Shown piece by piece: positions 1 through 13,801 of a stretch of DNA of 64,000 nt. This DNA is from Octopus sinensis (Eukaryota), in contig NC_043005.1 of the NCBI RefSeq assembly GCF_006345805.1, forward strand, positions 94,798,001-94,862,000, written 5' to 3'. The stretch's first letter is position 1; each line of letters begins with the position of its first letter. Both the position numbers and the translations under genes were made by a program. Under the pieces are notes generated by a model. The model was not told where the DNA came from. It made no database searches and was given only the letters and a program-made list of their open reading frames with translations.

Positions 1-438
1 TTCAAAAAAAGAAAAAAAAAAAGAGCGAAGAAAAGGGTAAGGAGGGATATTAGTGGTGAATCATTTGTTAGTTATCACAAGACTTTCCAGCGAGAATAAC
101 GCCCATGTCAATGTATTTAGAAAATGGTTGAGTTGAAAAATCAGTTAGATCGAGGTCATTTTTTGATGAATAATCTCATTGGTGAAAGGTTATTTCTCAT
201 GAAGAAATTGCGTAAAAAGGGAAGTTGACTGACTTCAACTGTAGGGGCAGATAAACATTTTAAAGTATTTGAACAATTTAAAACTGTTTATACAAACAAG
301 GAAATAGTAGTTCTCAATAGCGAATAAAAATTGGGAGATTGAAAAGTATCATTTCATATGATTCAAAAAATGTAAAGGAGATATTTTTTGTTGGAATAGG
401 AACACTGTTTCTTAGAAAACCAAGTATTTTAGCGAAAG

Positions 439-441
<3 letters not shown>

Positions 442-509
<68 letters not shown>

Positions 510-510
510 G
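442..510. repeat. (GA)n microsatellite at the 3' flank of Tx1 element A
   Basis: Direct read; one GG interruption at 500-502. Confidence 0.95.
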
Positions 511-709
511 TTGAGAAAAAACGGGGAAAAAACAAACGTTGGGGTCAGGGTATCGAATGAGACGAAACGTATGAATAAACAAACAATTAAAATATATACA
601 ATTAAATGAGAATGAGTGATTAACAAAAAATGAAGCGGAGGACGCGGTTGACCCCACAAACCACATACTCACACTGAAGACTTTGCTTTCTCCTTTTTTA
701 CATTCTCGA

Positions 710-3700
710 TTAAACAGGTTCTTTCACTCGCAACATACTTGCTATATGCTTCCATCTTTTACGAAACACACTTTGTGACAGGCATTTCTTCTCCGGCCTT
801 ATTTTCCGTTTCATGTGGAAAACGAAAAAGTCGATTAGCTCGAGACTGGAGATAAACATGCCTGTTGCAATTCCTTTCACTCTCGTCTTCCATACTACTT
901 CTTTCGCCACAGCAACTACCGAGAGAAAACAGGCTCGCTCCTCCCTATTCGGCGGAACGATCTTAATTACAGATTCGCTCGACAGTTGTACTCTTCTCGA
1001 ATGCGACAGCAGGTGTTCGACATAAGCCCAGAGTTCAGTCACCTTGGGGCATTGCACAATCGCGTGCAGGACAGTTTCACTGTTCCTCTCACATCTTGCA
1101 CAAACCGGCGAAGGTGCACACCCATGTCTAAAGAGCTTATCTCGAACCGCTAAAGCTCCTCTGTAACATTGCCAGGCCAGAGACTTTTGGTAATTATCCA
1201 TAGGCCCCGGACCGAATGTTCTTTGGAACAGGCTGGCCAGTTGATTTTCGTCGAAGCCCAGGGTTTCTCCCAGGACGTCGTTACAGTTAAACTCTACTAA
1301 CCATCTATAGAAGAACGAGGTAGTACCCCCACCACCGGCGTTGCCCGACTGAGAGAGAAGCACGAGTGCCTGATGGCACTCTACATGCCACACGTCCAAT
1401 CGGTCTACACTTGATCCATGGGTTCAGTTTGGTAAACGATGTGAACTGCGGAAATAACAGCTTGACGAACGGAGACCACACCTGCTCACCGTCCAGTAAA
1501 GCCAGAGGTGCCTAAGCCTGAGCGCATGTCTGCGCATTTTTAGCCACGGCATCCCTAACCCACCCTTCAGCAGCTTTTGGCAGCAAATAGAGCGCCTTAC
1601 AAGAGGTCTGCTGCTCCTCCACAAAAAGCGAAAGAGCATGCGTTCCAGCTTGTTCAGGCACGACGGTCAGGCGGTAAGCGATTACAAAGACGATAAACAC
1701 CTCAGCAACCTCCCTTTCAAGGACAGCTTCTGCTCAGACCAGGTCTGAGTTAGGAGAGACACCTTTCTCGCTACCTCGCTCCAATTCTTCTCTATCTGGA
1801 GATCTGGACCTAACCAGATTCCAAGCATTTTCACCGGCCCTTCCGTCCAACGTCCTACGACGCTGTCGGAAGACATCGACTTGCCTCTCCAGGTGCCGAG
1901 TTGCAAGCCGACCGATTTATCCCGGTTGACTTCCGCTCCTGCCACCGCTTCGTAGTCCATTAAGGCCTCACCCACCCACTGTAGGTGCTCGACTCGGGAT
2001 ACGATGACGGTGATGTCGTCCGCATACGCCGAAGCTGACTTTCCGCACCCTAGAGCTTGCGGAGTGCCCCTCATAGTTTCCAACCTCCTCAGCAACGGCT
2101 CGAGGGCCAAAACGTAGAGAAGCGGGGAGAGAGGACACCATTGACGTACCGAACGTTCAAAGCAGAACGGCTCCGAAAAGAAACCATTCACCCGAACTAC
2201 CGATTCGATGTTGCTGTATAAAGCGTTGATCCATCCGCGGAAGGTCGGGCCGAAGCCAGCCGCCGTGAGGACCGCCGCCAGATACTGATGGTCCACCCTA
2301 TCGAACGCTTTCGATTGGTCCAAGTGGACCATAGCCCCACCCTTGCCAGGAATCCTATTTACCCTTTCTAAGGCATAGCGTAGAAAGTGGAGATTGTCGT
2401 GGATGGTCCTTCCAGGGATGGCGCAAGTTTGCGCCTCGCCAACAAGTTCACCCACGACCCTCGCCAACCTTTTTGCTAAGATCTTGGCCAAAATCTTCAA
2501 CTCTGCGTTAAGCAGAGCGATGGGCCGAAAATTATCAATTAAATCCCCCTTGTTTGGGTCCTTTCTTAACAGTGCTACCATTCCTCGACCCACAGACTTA
2601 GGAATTCTCCCGTTCTGCTGCCAGTTGGTGTACACGCATGCAAGTAGGTGCCCAAACAAGTCTGGTATGCTACTATAGAGTTCGTAAGGCAGACCATCGA
2701 GTCCCGGCGATTTGTCCCCGCCGCAGTCTGCCAACACATCCTCGACTTCTTTGGCTGTGATCGGCGCCTCACGAGATTCCGCGTCCGGCCTCGATAGACG
2801 CGGCGAACCAGCTAGGAAGTCTGCGAGCTTCTCCCCGCGCCCCAGTCCGCCGCTCCTCCCGAATAGTTGGGCAAAATGATCGTGAAACACCTTGCACATC
2901 TCCTCGGGTTCCTTTACTGATCGACCATTTGGGCCCGTCAAAGATCGAATGGTTGAGTTGTTGCCACGCTGGCCCTCTACCACGCGGGCCCATCGTTGAT
3001 CCCTTCCTGTCTCATTGCACGGATCTTAGCCCTGACAATGCACCCTTCATGTTTAGCTTTGAGATGTTGGTCGAGTGCCAACCTCGCCGCTAACACTTTC
3101 GATGCACTGCCTGACCTCATTGCCTCATCTATTGCCTTAACTAGTTCCTTTTCTACTTTGTTTCTAGCACTAGCTAATTCTTTGCTAAACCTAATTGACT
3201 CAAATTTAATGGCACTTTTCAGGGCGTACCATCATTTGTTGTTGATAATGGATCCGGTTAACGCCCTCATTACGAATTGTTTAATCCGATTCCTGTAGGC
3301 TTCACAGTCCAATAGTGACTTGTTTAGCTTCCAGTAACCGGTATCTCGTCTACACATGCTATCTATGTCGAGCGTACAGGTCACTAATTTGTGATCGCTG
3401 TAGCTGACGATATGGTGTTGTGGACAGCTAAGTATTTTCTTATCTTTCCTTCTAGTTATTATTCTATCTATGTAAGATCTGGATGACTCGTCGTTTCTTG
3501 CCCAGGTCCATGCTGGAGTGTCTGGGTGGTCCAGTCTGAATCGATCTGGTAACTCGAAACGACTTAGCAGATCGTTGAGGTGAGGTAATCCCCTCCTATT
3601 CTTTCTCGAGCCAACATAATCTACGCGTGCATCGCAAATTATGTTGAAGTCATCTAGCAATACTAACGTGTTCGAGTGCCAAGAAAATTCTCTAGGCTTT

Positions 3701-4075
3701 TGAAGTAATCTTTCTGCCCGGCTTTTCCTTCGCCGGGAGCCTAGACAGCGACCAGCCTGAACACTTTACCACTGCTGTGCGTCACATCCAAAACGACCAA
3801 CCTGCCTTCCGGATCTATAAAGACAGTTCTAATCTCTAAATCCAGTTTTTTTTCTGACCAGCACTGCCACTCCTCCGCCCCCTCCAGGTCGACAGGGAGA
3901 AATGTATTTCTCGTAGCCGTTTAGAAGGGGCGAAAAAGCCTGCAGCCCACTCAGTCTGGATTCGGTAATTACAACTACATCCAAACGATGCGACCTAAGG
4001 TCGTTAAGGAGGTAGCCTTGCTTCCAATACGACCCCAGGCCGCGAATATTTATACAACCGAGTTTAAACCAGAAT
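710..4075 (-). pseudogene. ORF2 of element A: APE endonuclease + reverse transcriptase + C-terminal CCHC, broken by stops and frameshifts
   Basis: APE start KLGCINIRGLGSYWKQGYLL (~4070); DDFNII, SYIDRI, SDHKLV, YWKLN (3232-3660); RT KSPGLDG, FRPIALLN, LDQSKAFDRV, AYADD (1682-2983); CARCERNSETVLHAIVQC (710-1399). Confidence 0.93.
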
Positions 4076-4320
4076 GTGAAAAATTAGTCGAATATTTAAA
4101 ACTTACTGTTTTAACGGAAGAGAGGGTGTAGTTTCACCCTCCTCTTTTCTGTCTGTGAGTGTTGTGTTTTGTGAGATCACTTTTTTCGCGAATTGCCTGT
4201 ACATATAGCTCGAAAAGTTCATCTGTAACGGGCCGACGTCCTCCGCAAAAGATTTTTTTAGTTCAAAATAGTCAAAGTTATCTATAGTATAAAATTCGAC
4301 ATTTTCAGAAATAGTATTAT

Positions 4321-5715
4321 TTACATCTGTTGCGATATATTTTTCGCCGATTTCATTAAAATAATTTTGTCTCTTAATAGTTTATTATTTTTGTTTATCA
4401 CCGTGAAGGTGTTTCTCTTTTTTATGTTAGGCGATTGTGGAGGGGTGTGTGTGTTTGTGTGTGTGGGGGGGTGCTTGTAGAAGCGAGGGTGTTTGTAGGT
4501 GTGTGTGTGTATGTGTTTGTGTGTGCTTTTTCCAGTGTGCGTGTTTTTTTGGCTACGTGTGTGTTTGCGACTGGATTTGTGGGTGTGAGCGTGCTTGTCT
4601 GTCTCGGAGCATAGTCCTGTGTATCCGAAGAGGGTGGGTTTTTCCGTTTCCGTCTTCTTTTTGAAGGTTCTACGGTGACCCACTCCTGGATGTTGTTGTT
4701 GTCGTTGTAGTTGTTGTTGTTGTTGTTGTTGTTTTCTCTCGCTGTCGGCTGAACTTCGGCAATTGGGGTGCGCGACGTGGCTACTATTTCTAGCAGTGTG
4801 GTTGTTGTCTTTGGCGCCGTGCTTGCCTCTTCTGCAGCATTTTCTTTGGCTGTCTTCTTACAGCTCGACCTTATGTGGCCTTTCTCTCCACATTTGTAAC
4901 ACCTGGGCTTTCTCCCCTCGACTACCACCATCATGCTGGTATCTTCTCCAATTGTAAGGGAACTGACAATTTTTCTAAGTCTGAGGGTTTGCTTGGATCA
5001 CAAGCTCTAAATCTTGTCCAAACCAGTTCATGTGGCGGCATCTCTTAGACTGAAGAATTGCAATTTCTTCTTCTTTGCCTAAGAGAATAGCGCCTATGAC
5101 AAAGGCCACATCTATTTCGGGTGGAACATCCGTGACTGTTATTTTCGAAGTTCTCTTTCCTAAATATGTCGGGAGGAGAACTACATCTTCCGACTTCAAT
5201 GCCCTTATTTAATGTTCCCTAGTTTTTTCTTCGCTAGGGAAACGCACCTCTACAGCGCCGAAGCGACTAGCCCTCGTTATATAACTTGTTTGTTGCCATA
5301 TCGGCCTCAAGCATTTTTCTATCGCTTCCCTCGGTACAAAATCGATTTTTTTAATTTTTGACATTATATATCTTGTATATGACAGTTTTTCTCTCCGTCG
5401 CGTAAATTAATTCACTGGGAGGGAGCAACTTCACATTATCGCCTTCTTTTTTTTTAGTAAACTTTGGTATTTCTTTTATTCTTCTTTGTTAATAACTATA
5501 TTTTCACAGGGGCGAGTTGCTGCACTCGCAAAATTTATTTTTGACTTTTCCTGTTGTTTAGTAGCCTCGCTAGAAATCTTGTCGTCTTCTTTTATAACGC
5601 TCGCGTGAGACGCCTCTTTACTTTCACCTTCTTCCTCTCACATATTCGCCTTCATGCCTTCAAACAAATTTTCAACGTTTTCCTCCGACTCGGAAGAAAT
5701 TAGTGGCAAATTCAT
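4321..5715 (-). pseudogene. ORF1 (gag-like, CX2CX4HX4C zinc knuckle) of element A, disrupted
   Basis: VEGRKPRCYKCGEKGHIRSSC (4422-4934); LPTYLGKRTSKITVTDVPPEI (4975-5199) is homologous to the other ORF1s here; presumed ATG at 5715. Confidence 0.85.
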
Positions 5716-5880
5716 GTTTTTCGTACCTTCATCCTTGAAACAAGGGGGAAATAACAGCAAAACTCTGCTGCAACAGCAGAGAAGAAGTGGTCTCGACGAC
5801 CAAACAGCAAATTTTCAAAATTTTCAGCACAAAGACAATCTTTCACTGCGGAGCAAAGAATAACACGACCGATCAAAAGA

Positions 5881-5889
5881 AGAGGGAGA

Positions 5890-5936
<47 letters not shown>

Positions 5937-5990
5937 AGTGAGAGAGAGAGAGTGTGTGAGTGAGTGAGTGAGAGAGAGAGAGAGAGAGAG
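5881..5990. repeat. (GA)n/(GAGT)n microsatellite at the 5' flank of element A
   Basis: Direct read. Confidence 0.95.
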
Positions 5991-7524
5991 ATTTTGCTTC
6001 GAAAGAAATAAAGATATCTATATTTCAAATTCCCTTTCAAGACTAACAATTGCCCTAGCCCGGACAAATTCCTGTGATCTTTTCTGCATGATAATCAACT
6101 TTATGCTTAAATACATTACTAGTTTCAGAAGTACTTGGAAGCGAAAGGCTGACTGTCAGCAACAATTTTCGCGTACAATCCGATAAGACTAAAAATGGAA
6201 AATGTAGGAAATCGACCAGCAATTCTACCATAATTGCTATCCTCAACATATAAGTGAAACAAAGTTTTAGCTTTAAATTATTTGCATCTAGAAGCAAAAG
6301 GAATAGCAAATGAGTTAGACGTAGGGTAGAATGTTTAGCGTTTCAAAACCTACAATTCACAGTCAAAGACTTTAAGGACTATTTTGAAACTAATCCATCC
6401 AATAAACTTATTAACCCTATCAAAACATATTTTGCAATTGCTAGTAAACATATTCTGGACAATCTCATTCATAATGATAGGCTTCCAGTGTGCCTCTTTT
6501 AGTATACTCAGTCTGTTTAGTTGATTTAAATCCATCTAAACCAAGGAAGAACAGCTTCCTATTTGACTAAAAAATACTTACGAATATCTCCACATGTATA
6601 ACATTTGGCCTTACAAATAGAACTCCATATATGAATGTAATTAATTATCTAAGAATTTTAATCGTTAAAATGTCATAAAAGTGAATCAATAGCCGATAGC
6701 TTCGGGAATGTTCCATTTATATCAAATCGTGTACAAAGTTCTCGGCCCTTGAAGTTTTTCGTAACAAATACATACAAACACGTATATATAAATACGCACA
6801 CACACACATACACAAGCTTCATGTCTACCACGAATACACATACGCACGAACAGACACATACACACATATGATCTTGGCCTATAATTATTATTATTTTATC
6901 GAAAATGTTCAGATAAATACAAAGTACTCCTTAGTCTTATTTGAACTCAGATCTGAGGCTGACCAAAGTAAATACTCTCAGAAGCTGAAAACAAGAAAAC
7001 AATTCATTAAAAAACGTCTGTAGTAGTATCCATTTCCACTAACATTATATAATATAAAATACTGCTAAATTTAATAGCTATTTTGAGATATCCATGGTGG
7101 CCAGCCGAACTTCAATGATTCATGGACGGACAGAGCTATCTGATCACGATAACTATTCATCTAATAAACGTTTACAAAAACAACGTTAATAATAAAAAAA
7201 ATTCTAATAAGGTTCATAAAACAAAAAATAACTAAAAATAAGTAAAAGAAATATGGCTTTAAAATAAGCGGAAACGTTTTCACTTATTTTTTTTAACTTT
7301 TTCATTTCATCTATCCAGGATGTCGTCATTGAGGCTAATTACAAGCGAAATACTAAATGAATGAAAATGATTATAATGATAACGACAGCCACAACAACAA
7401 CGACAGCCACAACAACAACGATAGCCACAACAACAACGACAACCACTGTCCATTGCTCAGTTCCTTTCACTTACCCACCTCATATTCTTGAGATTAATAA
7501 AGTAGGCAGCTTTTATATACGACA

Positions 7525-7927
7525 CTAGCAGCTAAGCCCGGTTTCACCCGGCCTGTTTGGATGATGTGGCTATGATTGTTTTTGGTTAGGCATAATCTAA
7601 ATGCATTTCTCAACCTTATCATTTTGGGTCCCCTGTTTTGATTGGAGCCTCCAGCTGTATGAATATTTCCTTGCCCCACCCCGTCAGAAAACAGCTTCTA
7701 AGCAACTGGTTGTTTTAATGGCTGCAGAAAGAGGGGAATTCCATTAAAAAAAAGTTTTATTCGATTTTCTCGGTAAGTATGGGGGCTAGGAAAAAAATTG
7801 CATTCCAATCTATACACCCGTCTCCACATGTGTGCCATTTTTCACGCGATTCCACCCAACCGTTTGGCTGTGAACCTCAAGACAAGAAAGAATACAACGA
7901 TCGCCCATCTCCAATTTATATAACAGA
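7525..7927 (-). mobile_element. Non-autonomous Helitron-like element
   Basis: Minus strand begins A|TCTGTTATATAAA and ends CTGCTAG|T, with a GC-rich hairpin (CCGGGTGAAACCGGG) ~10 nt before the end. These are canonical Helitron termini. Confidence 0.6.
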
Positions 7928-9419
7928 TTACCAACTCGCTAATAATAAATAATAGGTTAAAAGTTTAGCACCAGGCCATCAGTTTTTGAGAGGAGAGGGA
8001 ATTTGACTACATCGACCCCATACTTGATTTGTACTTATTTTATCGGTCCCGTAAGGTCGTAAAGAGCCGAAAGAAGCGCCGCTAATTATTTTGTCCGCCT
8101 CCTTAACGATACTATCAGCGCGCCAAGAATAATAATTTCTTTGAATTTGTCACAAAGCATCGAATAAGAAGGACATTACAAAAACAGTTTACAATTTGTT
8201 AGTGGTTTCATATTAAAAGGTGAAGAGGAAGAAAAGGAAAGGAGGTAGGAATGAGATTAAAAAGTACACATAGTATCTCTTATGATAAAAGGCAGATTTT
8301 CTCTGCCTGTTCCCATGTTCCTTTTTAATACAATTCTACAATATAGAATTTCTTCAATTGGAATTTACCTACGATTTTTACAAGTAGATTCGATTGGGTC
8401 ATGGCATATAAATTTCTTTCAATTTAACCCCCAATTAAGCAAAAATTCGAGAAAACTCGATATTTTACGATTTTCCTCTCTCACTTCAAAGGCTTTACTC
8501 CGCCTATTACCACACTTACTCCCACTTTCTCTTTACACACATAGACACGCAAGCATATACATATATGACAGTGTCAATTGTTGAAAGAAAATTGTAAGCT
8601 AAGGAGTGTGTGTGTGTATGTGTGTGTGTGTGTGTGAGTGTGTGTGTGGTGAGTGTGTGTGTCTGTGTGTGTGTGTAACAGGGATGAGCCATTAATACTG
8701 GTAATCTTTTTTGCTAGAGGAAGATCCGCTATGGTCTTATATTCTACACCACTGGTTTTCAATTCATATTAATCAAATTAATATTAAATTTTTCACCCTT
8801 ATTATGTGTGTGCATGTGTGTGTATTAGCAATTCGTATAAAATTGCATCAATGACTTGAACTTGAATAAGTGGTTTCACATAAATGGGGATAAATTAAAA
8901 AGGTTTGTTGTTATTATTATTACTGTTTGACTATTGTAATCACGTTTGTTGGTTCCTCGTCAGGGAAATGTTGTTGTGTTGCATTTGTTAAATAATTGTA
9001 AACCGTAACCCTCCCCCTTTCGGAGAAGGGGCTTTGGTTATTGTTTAAAAATTGAATTGTGTCCCTGTTTGGGGAAATTGACAATATTTTCACCGTCTTT
9101 ACGGAAGCATTTTTGTTAAAATGCCTTCGATAGAAGAAAGTCCAAAAATGAATTTCGCTGCAGTCGTACACTTCTATACAAGAGGGAGGACAAGATCCAA
9201 TTGATCGAAATTGCAAGAGACGGGCCTACAATTCCAGTCTGTTATATATTTTGAGTATTGTTATCACTAGCGATATCAAGATATAACTTTGTATTTTGTA
9301 TTTTATGTGTAGATGTATATATATAGATGTACATGTAATATGTACACACATATATACACATATATACATGCATAATATATCTACCCATACACACATACGC
9401 ACAAACACACACATACATA

Positions 9420-9548
9420 GGGGCAGGTGTGGCTGTGTGGTAACAAACTACGTTCCAAACACATGGTCCTGGGTTCAGTCCCACTGTGTGGTGACTTTGC
9501 ATGTGTCTTCTGCTGTAGCTTCAAACCAACAAAAGCCTTCTCAGTGGA
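9420..9548 (+). mobile_element. tRNA-derived SINE family A, 5' portion
   Basis: A-box-like TGGCTGTGTGG and B-box-like GGTTCAGTCC; similar to the copies at 14140 and 38656-41304. Confidence 0.7.
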
Positions 9549-9598
9549 TGGATTTTGTACATATATACAGGCATACATACATATATATACATGCATGT

Positions 9599-10020
9599 TC
9601 TATATTTTATAAATTACCCATATTTACTTACCCATGCTTCATCCCCTCTTGCCTACATAGGGCATCCATTCTCTTTTAACACAGCATGAAGTTTTGTAAC
9701 AGCACATCCGCTGCCGTTCGTGGAAAACGAAGAGACCCTATTCACTTACGAACGTTTTACACCGCCTTCCACGACTATCAAATTCTTACAATTATGAGAA
9801 CAATAACATGGCTCTTTTCAAAGCAACCTCGCATTCAGTTCTTATACCATTGTACGAGGGGGAAGAAACCCCTTTACACGGCTTTCTATACACTTACAAA
9901 TACATTAATTCGCCGTAAACTTATATCAATATTTGCCTGAATAATCATCATAATTCAGTGCAATTATTAACAGTACTTTCAAGCAATTCAGCCCCGAGCA
10001 TCGCCGGGCAATTCTGCTAG
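9599..10020 (+). mobile_element. Non-autonomous Helitron-like element
   Basis: TCTATATTTTATAAA start; ends CCCGAGCATCGCCGGG...CTGCTAG|T, the same 3' end as 41340-41856. Confidence 0.5.
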
Positions 10021-11451
10021 TATAAGAATAAAGCACACTGGTAGTACAGTCCGTTTAATACAGGAGGGTCTTCACTAGCGAGAGGAACACCGCTTATTTC
10101 GCCTTAACTACCCTCCATTGCCATCACTGCCGTAATTTTTAATACTTCCAGGCAAGGCTTTTACTTAAGCAATTAGTGACACCTCAGTGTTTGTCTGTAA
10201 GTGCCATATTGTCTTATTGCTTTGAAGGATGTAGTTGTATATGGATTACAGCTAATTCATTGTTAACCGATTTAATTTAGTGAACATCATTTCTAGATTT
10301 CTTCGAGTATATTATTGACGAGATTCACTTCACGATCTTGGTTTCGAATTCAATCCCAGAGCGCAACACTGAGTAAGTGTTTACTTCAGTAGCCGAGGGC
10401 CAACCAATGTTTTGGGAGTTACCTTTTCCTCGCTGGATCTATCATGTTTAATTGACTCGCTTGTGTTCATTATATTGTACATTATATTATTCCAGTCACA
10501 CCCTATTATACCAGCTTAACTAACGTTTTTATATACGGATGGTGTCTCTGAGTAATTGACTTGAATGATTCTTTTTGATAAATATGCTTATTTCCTGTGT
10601 TATACATTTTGTTCGCTGCAGTTTTATTTTATATTGTTTTTGCATTGACAGATAACTGCGTTGAATAAATAAATATGCTGCGTATATTATTTGCCGCATT
10701 AAGAAGACCAGCTGTTGCATATATACTATGGAAGCTGTATTGGTATTTCTTTTCTTCTTTTCTTGCCTATTATCTTCGAATCAATTTTTAAAACAGAAAT
10801 GCTTGGGAATCTGCGATTATTGTTTGTAAAATTATATGACAAAATATGAAAGAATGTGAAAAATCTTTCAAGTTGAATGTGTGAATAGAATAGAAACTAT
10901 TGCGTGCTCATGGAGGCTATTTATAGTTTTGTGTAAAGCTGCGAATTCGGACAGAGTACTTCGGTTCGTGTCCCTTTTCATTGTTGTCCTGCCAAGTGCA
11001 TCCGTTATTATGGCGCATTCAAAAGTATTCAAACTATAAGCATTCAAGCAATAAATATTCTTTTTATTTTTTTTTATTTGTCAGGAATATTGTGAATATG
11101 AGTGAATATTGCCCAATGTTCGCTCAGGATAAAAGACGGTGCCAATAACCCTTTACAGCGATTCCGAGATTTTTGAGACGGGGTGGGAGGAGAAAGAAAG
11201 TTATCCTGAAACTAATGACTTGGCCTGAATGCTTGCAACAGAGTGGACTCCACAAAAGGCATCCGAATCCTTTTATAAGATGGTTGGATGTGGACTGAGT
11301 GAAATTTTGCTGCTATTTCTAGCCGGTAGATCAACTCCATAAAGGTGTAAATTGTTTTACTATATTTGATATTATGGTTCTAGTATTGTCAGTAATATTG
11401 GTGAGTAATGGCATTTTGTATGTTTTGATTCACAATTGTTAGCTATCTGAG

Positions 11452-11600
11452 TGCAGGTATGGCTATGTGGTTAAAACGCTCGCTTTGCAACGACGTGGTT
11501 TTGGGTTCAGTCCTACTGCTCGGTGTCTTTGGCAAGTTTCGGACCTACCAATGTTTATATGAGTGAATTTGGTAAGGACGGAACCTGCATGGAAGCTTAC
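11452..11600 (+). mobile_element. tRNA-derived SINE family A, diverged 5' portion
   Basis: TGGCTATGTGG ... GGGTTCAGTCC boxes. Confidence 0.6.
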
Positions 11601-11864
11601 TGTATATATATATATATATTCTTAGGGGAATAACAATGAACGGTGGAGGTTCGATGTATGAGTTTGCGAGTCGCACTGTTAGGAGAAGAATTCAGGCTTT
11701 GAATGTTGTTGAACATAAGGTGCAGGAGTAGGTGAGGCGATTTTGTGCAGTATTACAGGTTGGATAACGCAGAAGTTGACAAGCAACACCGGAGGAGGTG
11801 AGTAGAGCATTTCGAGGTAGTACTGGCCGACCAGCTGACCGGCTAGATTGTGATATGCATTATA

Positions 11865-12097
11865 TATTTCTTTACTACCCACAAGGGGCTAAACACAGAG
11901 GGGATAAACAAGAACAGACAAACGGATTAAGTAGATTGTATCGACCCCAGTGCGTAACTGGTACTTATTTAATCGACCCCGAAAGGATGAAAGGCAAAGT
12001 CGACCTCGTCGGAATTTGAACTCAGAACGTAACGGCAGACGATATACGGCTACGCATTTCGCCCGGCGTGCTAACGTTTCTGCCACCTCGCTGCCTT
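11865..12097 (-). mobile_element. tRNA-derived SINE family B (Tx1-like 3' tail), full length
   Basis: Head AAGGCAGCGAGGTGGCAGAAACG, B-box-like GAGTTCAAATTCC, tail TCTGTGTTTAGCCCCTTGTGGGTAGTAAAGAAATA; close to the copy at 44199-44425. Confidence 0.85.
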
Positions 12098-12199
12098 CTT
12101 ATATAAACAGCCGAAAACTCGATGAGGTTTGGTGTGCTGCAGCTGATGATCCTCCAGCTGATACGCATTTGGTATGTTATTTAGGTAGAAGGAGAATAT

Positions 12200-12610
12200 A
12201 AGTCACTGCTGTAGACGTAATAGGAGAAATATAGATTACTAGATCACCACTATGGTAGTGAGGAGGTTATAGGAGTACAGATAATTGCGATAGATGTCAG
12301 GTAATAAGAGTACAGATCACAAATGTTGTTAGGTAGAAGACTGAGTATAAGACATCATTGTAGTTAGGGGGAAGAAGGAGTGTAGATCACCACAATAGTT
12401 CTGAGGTAATAGAGAGAGTTGAGATAACAAATATAGCGAGGTGATGAAATGAGGAACAGAGATAGCAAATGTAATTAGGTAATAAGAGATGTACAAATCA
12501 CAGTTACAGAAAGATGTGTCCAGATTGCAACTTTTGTTAAGTAACAGAAGAGAGACTACACATCAGAATTGTAGCTATGTGACAGAAGGGAGAATACAAG
12601 TCACTGCTCT
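12200..12610. repeat. Degenerate ~30-40 bp purine-rich minisatellite
   Basis: Recurrent AGGTAATAAGAG / GTACAGATCAC-like motifs; period not precisely determined. Confidence 0.45.
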
Positions 12611-12625
12611 GCGAGAAAGAGAGAG

Positions 12626-12718
<93 letters not shown>

Positions 12719-13285
12719 AGCATGGTTACTCGACCTGCAAAAACTAGCAATCGAATTTCCCAGAAATCACATCAAAAGCCACATTAGATAATGAAGTCCT
12801 CCAAAGCCCGTAATAAAGATGTTGGCTACAGCAGAAATCCCTTACACAATAGTTCTCCTGAGCGAATGTTGGAACCACTACGTAGTCACTTAACCTGATA
12901 GAAATGGCAGGTAAATCTCATTCCAATCACACCCTGTTAACCATATTTAAATATAAAAGACAAATTGGATTATGTAGACCACGATAAGATTATGTCTTGA
13001 AAAATAACGACGGAAAGGACACAGTCGGGATTCATTTGATGATACGTTTCCGGGATCAGGGCTGACTTCGAGCGAAACAACAACGACAGCTAACGACGCT
13101 GCTATTCATAACATTTGTCTTTGAATCTACGGCGGCATTTCTGCTGCTCTTGCGACTCCTCTTTCATTTGCAGTGGCTACTGCTATTACAGTTGCACGAC
13201 AGTTGAGTTACAGTTGACACTGCCGCAGCAGCCAGTCGTTGCTATCTCTGTTTTCAGTAAGTGTTACTGTCTTCACTCTTAACAC

Positions 13286-13322
<37 letters not shown>

Positions 13323-13651
13323 CACCACCACCACCACAATACTAGCACCACCACCACCACCACCACCACCACCACCACCACTACAACTACTACTACTACT
13401 AGTGGTGGTGGTGGTGCTACTGCTGTAATTGTTGTTGCTGCTACTGTTGCAGTTACAAAGCCTCAATTATGATTTCATATATGAAGGTGTCATTCCACAT
13501 CTCAAAGAATTTTAACCAATGAAAAGATATTCTAACATTCCGTGTAGTAAGAAAACATAAATCACGTGCTCACTCATATACTCACATACGCGCGCGCTGC
13601 GCATAACTATTAATATATTTAATTCTATACGTCTGAATGTGAGTGTGCGTG

Positions 13652-13698
<47 letters not shown>

Positions 13699-13704
13699 AT
13701 ATAT

Positions 13705-13742
<38 letters not shown>

Positions 13743-13766
13743 TATATATAATATATATATATATAT

Positions 13767-13801
<35 letters not shown>

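Larger units (their letters stand above)
511..5880 (-). mobile_element. Near full-length, decayed Tx1-clade non-LTR retrotransposon (family A) inserted in (TC)n
   Basis: 5'UTR, zinc-knuckle ORF1, APE-RT-CCHC ORF2 and 3'UTR on the minus strand. (GA)n on both sides; candidate 12-bp TSD AGAGGGAGAGAG at 497-508 and 5881-5892. Confidence 0.9.

Noticed and set aside
6055-6309. 84-aa hydrophobic ORF / possible exon
   Set aside because: No recognisable family and no convincing splice-site pair on either strand.
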